Virus record (IMG/VR): IMGVR_UViG_3300027861_000001
Span: 85,054-149,053 of that record
Origin: a virus
Strand: one strand, 5' to 3'
DNA length: 64,000 nucleotides
Shown here: piece after piece, positions 39,344 through 48,492 of the stretch
Numbering within the stretch: position 1 is the stretch's first letter
How the letters are laid out: each line of letters starts with the position of its first letter
The notes under the pieces: generated by a model
The model's input: only the letters and a program-made list of their open reading frames with translations
What the model was told of the DNA's origin: nothing
The model's database searches: none
Program-made: the position numbers and the translations under genes

Positions 39344-40654
39344 TTACATTCCGTATAACAAATCTTTAGCAATATCCCAACGATATTCTTGTAGTTTATC
39401 CATCTGCTCGTCGGGGATGGGAATCTCTAACAGTATCTTAACTAACTCTATAGGAAGTTGATGTTTAACGGCAAAAAACCACCACTTATGCAACCTATCT
39501 ATCTTTTCAGGGTCTGGAATCTTTAATTGCGTACCAGAGTAAAAAGTTTTAGCTTGAGTATCCTCCTCTATTATCCCAGTGTCTAAGCAATACTTCCACA
39601 AATCTGTTTTAGGAAACGGTTGAAATATTGCTGACCAAGAGTCAGTAGGATTTATTTTTATATTATATTCCAACGTTTCTAAAGCGTCGGCTAGCGGGTC
39701 ATCAACTGGAAGACCTATCATATTTTGTAATCTAACCTTTATCCCTAATTCATCACAATATCTACAGGCTGCTTCTACTTGTTCATTAGTAATGTTGCCT
39801 CTCCGCAAAAACTTTTGTGTAGTTGGGTTGGCTGATTCAAGTGCAATATTTAAAAAATCGCATCCTGTAATTGCCATATAGTTCAAAATATTGAAATCAA
39901 CGCTGCTGGCTCTGATAGAACCGCAGTATGGAATATTTACCTCTTTTGCGTATATGTCACCGAACTCAAACAACCAATCCTTGCTGGCTGCCAAGTCGTC
40001 ATCATTAAAGTATGTTAACTCTAACCCATATGTGTCTTTCACTTGTTTTATCTCATCAACCATTTTTCTAGGTGTTAGATGCTGCTTAAATTTATCTTTC
40101 TCATCTTTATACAAGCTTTTGAACAAATGATTAAAACAGTACTTACAGCTGTGTAGACAATATCTAGTAGCAATAAACCGTTTCATTCTTGCTTTGCCGA
40201 ACTCGTCATACTTATACAACAGTGAACGATCTGGTGCTGGAAAGCTATTAACGTCCGGTAGTGAACCTACAACTTGCCTAGGTAACTTACCACCAACTAA
40301 ATCAAGAATGATGTTTTCACCTGGACCTTGAACCACATAATCAACATAAGGATTATCTAATCCTTGCTCAGGGAAAAATGTAAAATGCGGACCTCCCATA
40401 ACTGACTTGAACCTGTGTTCCTTTTTTAGTTCCATGTTCTTTTCTAGAAACCACTCATGATCACCAGTCATAACAGAGTACATTATGAAATCAGTTGGAA
40501 AGTAACTGTCTATAGACTCTACACCAACTTGGCAAAAATCAACTTTATGCCCAGCTTCTTTTAATATGCTTGCTAAGTATAAAAAACCAATCTTATCAGT
40601 CCTTAGTTTGTCTTCAACAAATAATACTCTCATTAAAACACTCTTTGATAACAC
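39344..40654 (-). CDS. Cobalamin-binding radical SAM enzyme, putative class B methyltransferase (probable start 40633)
   Basis: B12-binding N-terminus (YLASILKEAGH, GGPH, GPGE); CLHSCKYC; NDDD; ALESAN; MIGLP. Confidence 0.88.
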   Translation of the reverse strand: MLSKSVLMRVLFVEDKLRTDKIGFLYLASILKEAGHKVDFCQVGVESIDSYFPTDFIMYSVMTGDHEWFLEKNMELKKEHRFKSVMGGPHFTFFPEQGLDNPYVDYVVQGPGENIILDLVGGKLPRQVVGSLPDVNSFPAPDRSLLYKYDEFGKARMKRFIATRYCLHSCKYCFNHLFKSLYKDEKDKFKQHLTPRKMVDEIKQVKDTYGLELTYFNDDDLAASKDWLFEFGDIYAKEVNIPYCGSIRASSVDFNILNYMAITGCDFLNIALESANPTTQKFLRRGNITNEQVEAACRYCDELGIKVRLQNMIGLPVDDPLADALETLEYNIKINPTDSWSAIFQPFPKTDLWKYCLDTGIIEEDTQAKTFYSGTQLKIPDPEKIDRLHKWWFFAVKHQLPIELVKILLEIPIPDEQMDKLQEYRWDIAKDLLYGM

Positions 40655-41547
40655 TCAAACGCTTTCAACGCTTCTGGTGTTAAGTACTGCCTAAAGTTAT
40701 CTATGTCTTCCAACATTGATTTGGTGTGCTTGTATCCAAAGATTTCTCTTTCAAGATTTACTATTAACGACTGCTCGTTTCTGTCTTGATAAACACTTGG
40801 TTTACAAAAAACAGGTCTAACACCACATAAATGTTGAACAACGTAACCACCCCATATATCATCCATTCTTCCTACGTGTGGTAGCACCATATAGCTAGGA
40901 ATAAGTTGCCTAGACAAAAAAGTATTCTGGCTATCGAATGGAGTAATTTGCTCTGAAGTGTACGGTTCCGTACTATCAAACTTTACTAATGGACTATATA
41001 TGAGCCTATATGTAGCATCAATGTCAGGATCACCGTCCCACAGGTCTGCCTGTATTTGTACCTTTGTGGTCTTTTTTCCTAGATATTTTGGATTCCTATC
41101 TTTTATATACTGTATTGGATAACCTCTATGCCACAGCTCAGGATACTTTGTAACACTTAATGGATCAAATACTCCAATATTGTCTTCGTAGTGATCAACC
41201 TCCAGCGTTTTTCCTATTAGTAAGTTTTCACCCCATCCATCATATGGCATATTGTCATCATCTATGGTAGCTACAACCTCTGCACCACGTTTATAAGCTT
41301 CTACAAATCCTATATTTCTACGCATAATGCAGTTCCAACCAATAGCATCACTCAACTCAGGGTATTGTTCTTTCTGATAATCAGGATGCAAGTAAATCCA
41401 AGAGCCGTTCTCGTATGCTTCGTGAGGTGTTTTCAAATCACCTACGATTATCATTTGCCAATTTAACATTTTTGAAAACTTCAATGTAGCTTCTGTAGGA
41501 GGTTGTATTGTAGTTGTTACTATAAATTTACGCACCTGTCTCCTCAT
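40633..41547 (-). CDS. STELLO/DUF288-like, GT75 (RGP/mutase)-related GT-A protein
   Basis: VTTTIQPPT, VGDLKTP, RRNIGF, IDDDN, WHRGYP, DPDIDA, SQNT, RMDDIW. Confidence 0.78.
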   Translation of the reverse strand: MRRQVRKFIVTTTIQPPTEATLKFSKMLNWQMIIVGDLKTPHEAYENGSWIYLHPDYQKEQYPELSDAIGWNCIMRRNIGFVEAYKRGAEVVATIDDDNMPYDGWGENLLIGKTLEVDHYEDNIGVFDPLSVTKYPELWHRGYPIQYIKDRNPKYLGKKTTKVQIQADLWDGDPDIDATYRLIYSPLVKFDSTEPYTSEQITPFDSQNTFLSRQLIPSYMVLPHVGRMDDIWGGYVVQHLCGVRPVFCKPSVYQDRNEQSLIVNLEREIFGYKHTKSMLEDIDNFRQYLTPEALKAFECYQRVF

Positions 41548-42142
41548 GTTTATAAATTACAAGATTGATTTCGGTATCAAAGTAAACGGTATTGTTCTCA
41601 GCAAAAGAATTAATAAAGGTATTTACATCTGGACAATAACTATTAGCATAATCATCCCAAATTACATAACCTCCAACACGAACCATTTTAATAGCATTCA
41701 TACTGTCGCTTTGTATAACATCTAAAGTATGCCCACCGTCAACAAACACAATATCCATCTTATTATAAAACCGTTCAAAATTCAAACACATAGAGTTATC
41801 TTGTATAATCTCTATCTTGTTTAGTGTTCTTTTTGGTATACCAACTAACAATTCCCTTCTTAACTCATCAGACATGTACAAATCTTCAAACTCAGAATGA
41901 CTACCTACAGCGTCACTTGGCAAATCTAACGTATATATTTTTGCATCGTCTGGTAAGTTGACAGCAATATTAAGTGTAGTTCTTCCTCTAAAAGTACCAA
42001 ACTCAAAAATATTTTCTGCTTGTGTCTGTTTAATAATACTTAAAAGCGCCGATAAAGCACCGTCTGGTAGGTCACCAAATACCCACCCCCCTAACAAGGA
42101 CTTTGTGAATAGCTCTCTGTAATCTACAAACTCCACTGCCAC
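41528..42142 (-). CDS. Class I SAM-dependent methyltransferase (Methyltransf_24-like; probable sugar O-methyltransferase)
   Basis: FEFGTFRG, VFVDGGH, GGYVIWDDY. Confidence 0.88.
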   Translation of the reverse strand: MAVEFVDYRELFTKSLLGGWVFGDLPDGALSALLSIIKQTQAENIFEFGTFRGRTTLNIAVNLPDDAKIYTLDLPSDAVGSHSEFEDLYMSDELRRELLVGIPKRTLNKIEIIQDNSMCLNFERFYNKMDIVFVDGGHTLDVIQSDSMNAIKMVRVGGYVIWDDYANSYCPDVNTFINSFAENNTVYFDTEINLVIYKHEETGA

Positions 42143-43035
42143 TACAATACCTCCATAATTAGTCTGTCATCGTCCGAAAATCCCCAAGTATCAGTGTTAG
42201 TGCTGGTAGTGAAGTGTTGCATAGCAAACTGAACTGAGTTCCAACCACCTTGTCCTCCCCCTCCACCATCACAAGTATTATCATGCCCTATATGAAACAC
42301 TGGTATATCCCACCTGCCTTCTATGTTGTAACCATTTAGAAGTGCCTTCTTCTGTACATTACCGTCGGCGTATCCTCTTCCAATTAGGGACTCTTCAAAT
42401 CCTTTAATACTGTACCAAATGTCTCTGTGAGCAATTTGAAAATCTCCGTTACCGTTTACTAAAGTCCAAATGTCTCCCTCACAAACTGCTGTAGGCCCTT
42501 GCTGTCCCCTCCCAGGTTCGCTAAATGGGTACATGTTGTTTTCAAATAACCTTGTTAGCGTTCCTTGTACATCATAACCAACGTCACCAACGTCTCTGAT
42601 GTGTTGTAGCGAAAGCATATTCTTGGCGGCAGGAGAGAAAGTATCTTTGCTTGAAAAGCGTTCTAAATAACCCCTCCTAGGAACAAGAACATCTATATTT
42701 GTAGAAACGATAAAATCGGTACTTAACCTTCTGATACCGATGTTTCTTCCTAAAACTTCAGTGACTACTTGTGGTTCTATTTTCTGTGGGTTTAGGTTAT
42801 TCCTAATGTATTCATGTGCTTTGTCCTTACTAACAACCACATATTTTAATTTAGATTTATTAAGTAAATTATGCTTTACGTCGTCAATAAGTGGGTAAGT
42901 TTCAGATGCCCAATCTACATACACAACCTCATCAAATGATGTTAACATTGAGTTTAAAGCATATGAGGCTCTTTCTACTAAGTTACCACCATAATCATCA
43001 TTTCTAGCTACTACTATTGCTCCATAAGTATCCAT
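42142..43035 (-). CDS. GT-A glycosyltransferase
   Basis: RNDDYGG, VDWAS, RNIGIRR, STNID, GDFQ, GFEE...GYAD. Confidence 0.8.
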   Translation of the reverse strand: MDTYGAIVVARNDDYGGNLVERASYALNSMLTSFDEVVYVDWASETYPLIDDVKHNLLNKSKLKYVVVSKDKAHEYIRNNLNPQKIEPQVVTEVLGRNIGIRRLSTDFIVSTNIDVLVPRRGYLERFSSKDTFSPAAKNMLSLQHIRDVGDVGYDVQGTLTRLFENNMYPFSEPGRGQQGPTAVCEGDIWTLVNGNGDFQIAHRDIWYSIKGFEESLIGRGYADGNVQKKALLNGYNIEGRWDIPVFHIGHDNTCDGGGGGQGGWNSVQFAMQHFTTSTNTDTWGFSDDDRLIMEVL

Positions 43036-43700
43036 TAATTTTTCCTAAATACAAGAGTGGCAAACGCATATAAATGACCTTGGTAAATAAAGTCTGGTTC
43101 ACCGCTATAATCAGGTTCATCTACTACAGCACAACCACACCTATCTAGCACACCAAAAAGTCTAACCATATCTCCATCAGTGTATAACCTTACAACAGTT
43201 TGTGGTAGTGGTGTACCAATTCTATAGTCATTGTTAAAGTCAAGCGTTAGTACACCATGACCACCTGGATTTAAAAGATGGCAAACGTTCTCTATAAACT
43301 CTTCATCATTCCTCTCATGCTCAATAACAGACGTAGCAAATATTATGTCAAACTTTTCTTCTGTTATCTTACGAAAGTCAGTTAATGAATAATTAATGTC
43401 TTGATCAATATCAACTACGTCTATACCCATACCTTGAATAGAACCAGAAACCGAATCCTCAAAAGCGCCAACACACAAAAGCTTATCATTGTCTTTGTAA
43501 ATTCTTACTACTTCACTCAACGTAAAAGCTTGTTGTACGTTTGCAAGCGTTATTTTTCTGCTCATTATATCTGGACACAACACAAACATTTCGTCTATAA
43601 CAGACTGATAAAATACCCTATCAACGTCTAATAAAAGCCTATTAATTTGCATAACACATGTCCTCAAATGCTTTAATAAAGTTATCAGTAGACCACTCAT
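43035..43700 (-). CDS. Class I SAM-dependent methyltransferase (probable start MQINRLL near 43652)
   Basis: LCVGAFED, FDIIFATSVIEH, LNPGG. Confidence 0.82.
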   Translation of the reverse strand: MSGLLITLLKHLRTCVMQINRLLLDVDRVFYQSVIDEMFVLCPDIMSRKITLANVQQAFTLSEVVRIYKDNDKLLCVGAFEDSVSGSIQGMGIDVVDIDQDINYSLTDFRKITEEKFDIIFATSVIEHERNDEEFIENVCHLLNPGGHGVLTLDFNNDYRIGTPLPQTVVRLYTDGDMVRLFGVLDRCGCAVVDEPDYSGEPDFIYQGHLYAFATLVFRKN

Positions 43701-44595
43701 TGTGATATTTCTCCAGCGGTTTAATACCTTTATTTATGATGTCAGAAATTGTATTCGTGTCTGATACGACTATATCCTCATTTATTATATGCCTAAACAT
43801 CGTACAAGCTGATATAGCTAATGGTTTTTTAACTGATAAAGCATAATCTATTACGCTGGAAATCCCTGGATGAATAGCTCCGTATAAAAATACATTAATA
43901 TCATTCTTAGCAAGGAACTTAAGTACATCTTCATCTGATATAAAATCTGTTGTAATATTAAGAGTTATGTTACTATTAACATTCTCTCTTTCGCAATCAC
44001 TCTTTACTAGTTCCTGCGTAGTCCCCTCAGCATCACCAAAAGCTGCTACTGTCATGTGTAAATTTATAATAGCCTCATCAAATGTTTCATTTACAAGCGC
44101 AACTAACTCACTAAATCCTTTATGACCAAAACCAAAACCAAAACTACCTATTGTTGGTACTTTATTAATTGTTTCTTCGCAACTACAATCAAACAAAGGA
44201 CGTGGTAATAGTATTCTTTTGTCTTGCGGAATGTCTAATACTATTTCTGGGATATCAACCGTAGTATCAACAACATCTGCCGCACCTGAAAAAATGTACT
44301 TGTCTAAACATCGTTTTATATTACCACCATCATGGAATATACCATACTGTTTACAGTAGGGTCTTAACCCAATAATTATGCTGTCGTCTAACCACCCCAT
44401 CGTACACGTATAAAAATTATATATAATTATGTCAGGATTAACGTCACCAAGGGCAGTTTCAAACTCTTGTGGAGTAGTAATCTCACAGCAGTAACACTTA
44501 ACATTTTTAGCTTTAGAAGCAAGTTGATAAACTCTCTTACCAAACTGATAAACTCCGCAACTTTGCTCTTTGTGATTTACAAACAAAACCTTCAT
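43642..44595 (-). CDS. GT-B-like glycosyltransferase
   Basis: CGVYQFG N-terminus; IGSFGFG..HKG; GISSVIDYALSVKKP. Confidence 0.65.
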   Translation of the reverse strand: MKVLFVNHKEQSCGVYQFGKRVYQLASKAKNVKCYCCEITTPQEFETALGDVNPDIIIYNFYTCTMGWLDDSIIIGLRPYCKQYGIFHDGGNIKRCLDKYIFSGAADVVDTTVDIPEIVLDIPQDKRILLPRPLFDCSCEETINKVPTIGSFGFGFGHKGFSELVALVNETFDEAIINLHMTVAAFGDAEGTTQELVKSDCERENVNSNITLNITTDFISDEDVLKFLAKNDINVFLYGAIHPGISSVIDYALSVKKPLAISACTMFRHIINEDIVVSDTNTISDIINKGIKPLEKYHNEWSTDNFIKAFEDMCYAN

Positions 44596-45788
44596 AAATA
44601 ATATACTCCGTCTTTAGTAAATACACAAGGTTCTGGCATTGGTGATATAAAAGAACCACCGCTTTCCAAATAAGGTGAGTGCTTGACAGCTATTGTAGCA
44701 GAAAAGTGCCAAGGTAATATTAAAAAATACTCTGGATGTTGTTTAAGAAGTTCAACCTCAGAAACTATCGGAATATTTGTTCCTACAGTACGCAATCCAA
44801 ACTTGTCCTCGTTAACTTCGGCAGCTGCTTTTATCTTCGTATTATCTAATCCAAAGTATTGAAGTAATGTATTACCTTTTGTAGAGGCTCCGAAAACAAA
44901 GATATCTTTATCGTCTATAAACCCCGTAACTTTTTTCTTTATTATTTCTACTCTATTAGCGAATGCTTCGAATGGGTTTTCAAATAATGCCATGTACTCA
45001 ACTTCTTCTTGTAAAGCACGCTCCACGTTGTCGTTTACTGTGTACATCCCAGCATAAGACACAAAAGCTCTTATACTACCGCCGTTAACTTCGTTGAAAG
45101 AAACATCGAATATTTGTAGTCCCTTCTGTCTCATCATACCACACAAGACACTCAACGAGTAATATTCCAAGTGTTCATGACATATATTATCAAAAGCATT
45201 TATCTTTAGCATTGACACTAGGTCAGTGAACTGAATAACCCACACACCGTCATCTGCCATAATGGTTTTAATGTCGTCTATAAACTCCATAGGGTCTTCT
45301 AAATCATAAAACATAGCTATGCTTGTAACAACTTTAGCTTTTTCAATAGGGTATGTAGAACTGAAGTAGTCATTTATAAAAACATCACAAAGCTTTTCGG
45401 CTTCTTCTTTTAGGTTATACGCAGGATCAAACCCTATTTTAACTATCCCTTCATCAAAAAAACTAAGCATTGTTCCATCGTTACAACCGATGTCAACAAC
45501 AACATCACCTTTGTTAAGTGTTACTTTACTGTTTACGTCGTGAACCACGTCTTCCAAAGCCTCTATCATAGACTTATTAAGGGCTGATTTATACCAGTAC
45601 TGTCTGTACATCATATCTAGGGGAACAGCCTCTTTAAGCTGTACCAAACCACACTCACAAACACACAGACACAGCGGATACTTCTCACCGTGGTAAGTAT
45701 CAGAAACGAAATTAGATGGATATAAGTCCCCCAAATCTAAAACAGTCTCTAAGCTACCACCACAAATTCTACATGTGTTATGTTCCAT
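44592..45788 (-). CDS. NDP-hexose C-methyltransferase (TcaB9/TylCIII family)
   Basis: Zn site CRICG...C, VDIGCNDG, ICHEHLEYYS, NGGSIR, GASTKGNTLL, LPWHF. Confidence 0.92.
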   Translation of the reverse strand: MEHNTCRICGGSLETVLDLGDLYPSNFVSDTYHGEKYPLCLCVCECGLVQLKEAVPLDMMYRQYWYKSALNKSMIEALEDVVHDVNSKVTLNKGDVVVDIGCNDGTMLSFFDEGIVKIGFDPAYNLKEEAEKLCDVFINDYFSSTYPIEKAKVVTSIAMFYDLEDPMEFIDDIKTIMADDGVWVIQFTDLVSMLKINAFDNICHEHLEYYSLSVLCGMMRQKGLQIFDVSFNEVNGGSIRAFVSYAGMYTVNDNVERALQEEVEYMALFENPFEAFANRVEIIKKKVTGFIDDKDIFVFGASTKGNTLLQYFGLDNTKIKAAAEVNEDKFGLRTVGTNIPIVSEVELLKQHPEYFLILPWHFSATIAVKHSPYLESGGSFISPMPEPCVFTKDGVYYL

Positions 45789-45796
45789 TACCTCTC

Positions 45797-46849
45797 CTAC
45801 AACTTTGGTGTACCTTTCTCATGATTTGTTTTGTCGATATCATACTCTACCATTCGTCTTACTAGCTCTCCAAAAGTAACCGTCGGTTTCCACCCCAACT
45901 CTCTAGTAATTTTTGACGCGTCACCTTGAAGAAGTTCCACTTCTGTAGGTCTATAAAAAGCATCACTAATTTCAACCAACAACTTACCGTCTTGATTATA
46001 CGCTTTCGTAGAGCTACCTTCACCTTCCCAACTAAGAGTTGTGCCTACTACAGCAAAGGCTACGTCTACAAACTCTCTAACTGAGTGTGTCTCTCCTGTT
46101 GCTACTACATAGTCTGATGGGCTATCAGCAGTAAGCATCATATGCATCGCTTTCACGTAGTCTTCGGCGTGCCCCCAATCTCTATAAGCGTCTGGATTAC
46201 CTATGACTAGCTTGTCTTGTACTCCGTTATATATAGAGGCTACTGCTCTAGAAATCTTTCTAGTTACAAATTCTGCCCCTCTTAACTCACTCTCGTGATT
46301 GAAAAGAAGACCGTTACAAGCAAACATACTGTACGCTTCCCTGTAGTTAACGGTTACCCAATAAGCTGCTAGTTTAGCTATACCATAAGGGCTCCTAGGA
46401 TAAAACGGAGTTTTTTCAGTTTGAGGTGTCTCCTGAACCTTACCAAACATTTCACTTGTCGAGGCTTGATAAAATGCAGTAGTGTCACCAAACCCTAATT
46501 TTTTAACAGCTTCCAAAATGCGCACAACACCTAGCGTATTAACTTCAAAAGTGTGCTGCGGTGTTTCAAACGACGGTGCCACAAAAGACTGTGCAGCTAG
46601 GTTGTATATCTCGTCCGGTTTGTATTTTTCTATAACTTTGTGCACATTAGTAAACTCAAGCAAATCCATATGAACCATGTTTATGTCGTTTTGGATACCT
46701 AAAGCTGATAACCTCCAAGGTTCTGCGCTACCTGTTCTCCTGTTAGTTCCTATAACCTCATACCCTTTACCAAGCAGATGCTTGGATAAGTACGCAGCAT
46801 CTTGCCCAAAAATACCAGTAATCATTGCAGTTTTACGCATTTTTACCAT
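45797..46849 (-). CDS. gmd: GDP-mannose 4,6-dehydratase
   Basis: TGIFGQD, YNLAAQSFV, YQASTSEMFG, PRSPYGIAK, FNHES, RDWGHA, YRPTEV. Confidence 0.96.
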   Translation of the reverse strand: MVKMRKTAMITGIFGQDAAYLSKHLLGKGYEVIGTNRRTGSAEPWRLSALGIQNDINMVHMDLLEFTNVHKVIEKYKPDEIYNLAAQSFVAPSFETPQHTFEVNTLGVVRILEAVKKLGFGDTTAFYQASTSEMFGKVQETPQTEKTPFYPRSPYGIAKLAAYWVTVNYREAYSMFACNGLLFNHESELRGAEFVTRKISRAVASIYNGVQDKLVIGNPDAYRDWGHAEDYVKAMHMMLTADSPSDYVVATGETHSVREFVDVAFAVVGTTLSWEGEGSSTKAYNQDGKLLVEISDAFYRPTEVELLQGDASKITRELGWKPTVTFGELVRRMVEYDIDKTNHEKGTPKL

Positions 46850-47768
46850 ACCACTCTATAGTTTTTTTGAGTCCTTCATCAAAAGATGTTTTTGCTTTAA
46901 ATGAAAACTCTAACTCTGCTCTTGCCGTATCTAAGCATCTTCTAGGTTGTCCATCAGGTTTTGAAGTATCCCATATAATTTCTCCGTCGTAACCAATTAT
47001 ATCAGCAATCTTACCTACTAGGTCTCTGATTGAAATCTCAAACCCAGCACCTAAATTTACTGGCTCTGGTTTGTTGTAATGTAATAAAGCCTTGACAACA
47101 CCTTCACCAGCATCTTCTACGTACAAGAACTCTCTTGTTGCTGTACCTGTACCCCAAACAACTACTTCCTTATCGTTATTTACTTTAGCGTTATAAAATC
47201 TCTTTATTAGGGCTGGTACAACATGAGACCTTTCATCTGAAAACTCATCACCTGGACCATATAGATTAACAGGCAATAAAAATACACCGTTTAAACCGTG
47301 TTGTTGCCTACAAGCCTGTAACTGTACTAGCAACATCTTTTTCGCCAACCCGTACGGTGCATTAGTTTCTTCTGGATATCCGTTCCATAGTTCTTCCTCT
47401 TTAAAAGGAACTGGTGTAAATTTAGGATAAGCACAAATAGTACCAACCACTAATAACTTCTCTACCCCAGCAATTCTAGCCGCTTCAACTATGTTCACGC
47501 CCATAGTCATGTTGTCATAGAATAAGCTATAAGGGTATGCTTGATTATAGCCAATCCCGCCAACGTTCGCAGCTAAGTGAATACACAGGTCAGCTTTTGA
47601 CAACAACCGTGCACAAGCCTCTTCTTGCCTTAAGTCAAACTCATTAGACCTTGGAATAATTATCTTTGATTCCTCAGCACCGTTGTTTATTAGCTCGTTT
47701 ATTACATTCTTACCTAGGAAACCAGCACCACCAGTCACTAATATAACCTTACCTTTTAATGTTTCCAT
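46833..47768 (-). CDS. fcl: GDP-L-fucose synthase (GDP-4-keto-6-deoxymannose epimerase/reductase)
   Basis: GGAGFLG, LAANVGGIG, GTICAYPK, NAPYGLAKK, NLYGPGD, SHVVPAL, REFLYVED, KPDGQPRR. Confidence 0.94.
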   Translation of the reverse strand: METLKGKVILVTGGAGFLGKNVINELINNGAEESKIIIPRSNEFDLRQEEACARLLSKADLCIHLAANVGGIGYNQAYPYSLFYDNMTMGVNIVEAARIAGVEKLLVVGTICAYPKFTPVPFKEEELWNGYPEETNAPYGLAKKMLLVQLQACRQQHGLNGVFLLPVNLYGPGDEFSDERSHVVPALIKRFYNAKVNNDKEVVVWGTGTATREFLYVEDAGEGVVKALLHYNKPEPVNLGAGFEISIRDLVGKIADIIGYDGEIIWDTSKPDGQPRRCLDTARAELEFSFKAKTSFDEGLKKTIEWYGKNA

Positions 47769-47769
47769 A

Positions 47770-48492
47770 TTACTCCTTTATACGCATAGCATCGCAAAAC
47801 CCATACTTTCGTCTTAATAATACCTCATTTGGTACTCTGCCGTTTGAAAGTGCTAGCATAGTTTTCTTTCTACTACACTCATCAACCTTATCAGAAATTG
47901 GAATTTTAGATAATAAACACGTTATCCTATCATCTATGTATGGTAAGTACACCTTAACATTACCAGAATTATTGTTTAATGGTTGTAGTTGTTCGCGTTG
48001 CAGTCTTCGTATGTAATCATAGTAAGTAATCTCTGACGGGTCTTTTTGGTGGTCATAATAACCACACACAAACTCATCAACACCGTCGCACGCTATTATG
48101 TTATGAGTATATCTACTAACAAAGTTATATAGCATTCTAACAGCGTTGTCTCCAGCAAAGTCGTCTAGTTTTATATTCTCTGTTGCATACTCTAGTGTTG
48201 GGATATAACAATACAAATTAACTCTAAGTTCATCAGTATTTAATCTATCTGCCACCAATTTAGCATGAACTATATCTGGATGATCTTTCGAACTACCAAT
48301 AGTAAAAGCATTAACAATGTCATACTTTTGTAACATAAAGTACAACATTAGCGTTGAATCAATACCACCAGAAAACGCAAGATAATTACAATCAATATCT
48401 TCTAAAACGTCAACAATCGCACTCTCAACGCTCTCTATAGTTATTTCTTGACCAACCTCGTCCCAATAGTTTGGGTATATTATCATTACCAC
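47770..48492 (-). CDS. Asparagine-synthase-like ATP pyrophosphatase (synthetase domain only)
   Basis: PP-loop FSGGIDS; CDGVDEFVCGY (GxGxDExFxGY); PYID; RRKYGF. No Ntn glutaminase domain. Confidence 0.82.
   Translation of the reverse strand: MVMIIYPNYWDEVGQEITIESVESAIVDVLEDIDCNYLAFSGGIDSTLMLYFMLQKYDIVNAFTIGSSKDHPDIVHAKLVADRLNTDELRVNLYCYIPTLEYATENIKLDDFAGDNAVRMLYNFVSRYTHNIIACDGVDEFVCGYYDHQKDPSEITYYDYIRRLQREQLQPLNNNSGNVKVYLPYIDDRITCLLSKIPISDKVDECSRKKTMLALSNGRVPNEVLLRRKYGFCDAMRIKE

Noticed and set aside
47770-48492. PP-loop protein as QueC (7-deazaguanine DNA modification)
   Set aside because: It has the AsnB-type DE-F-GY motif and lacks the QueC Zn-binding Cys cluster; no FolE, QueD, QueE or DpdA-like genes were seen.
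36359-48492. Glycan cluster as flanking host chromosome or a chimeric assembly
   Set aside because: It overlaps the portal stop, abuts a head gene on the other side, and shares strand and composition with the phage genes. Read mapping across both junctions would be the definitive check.
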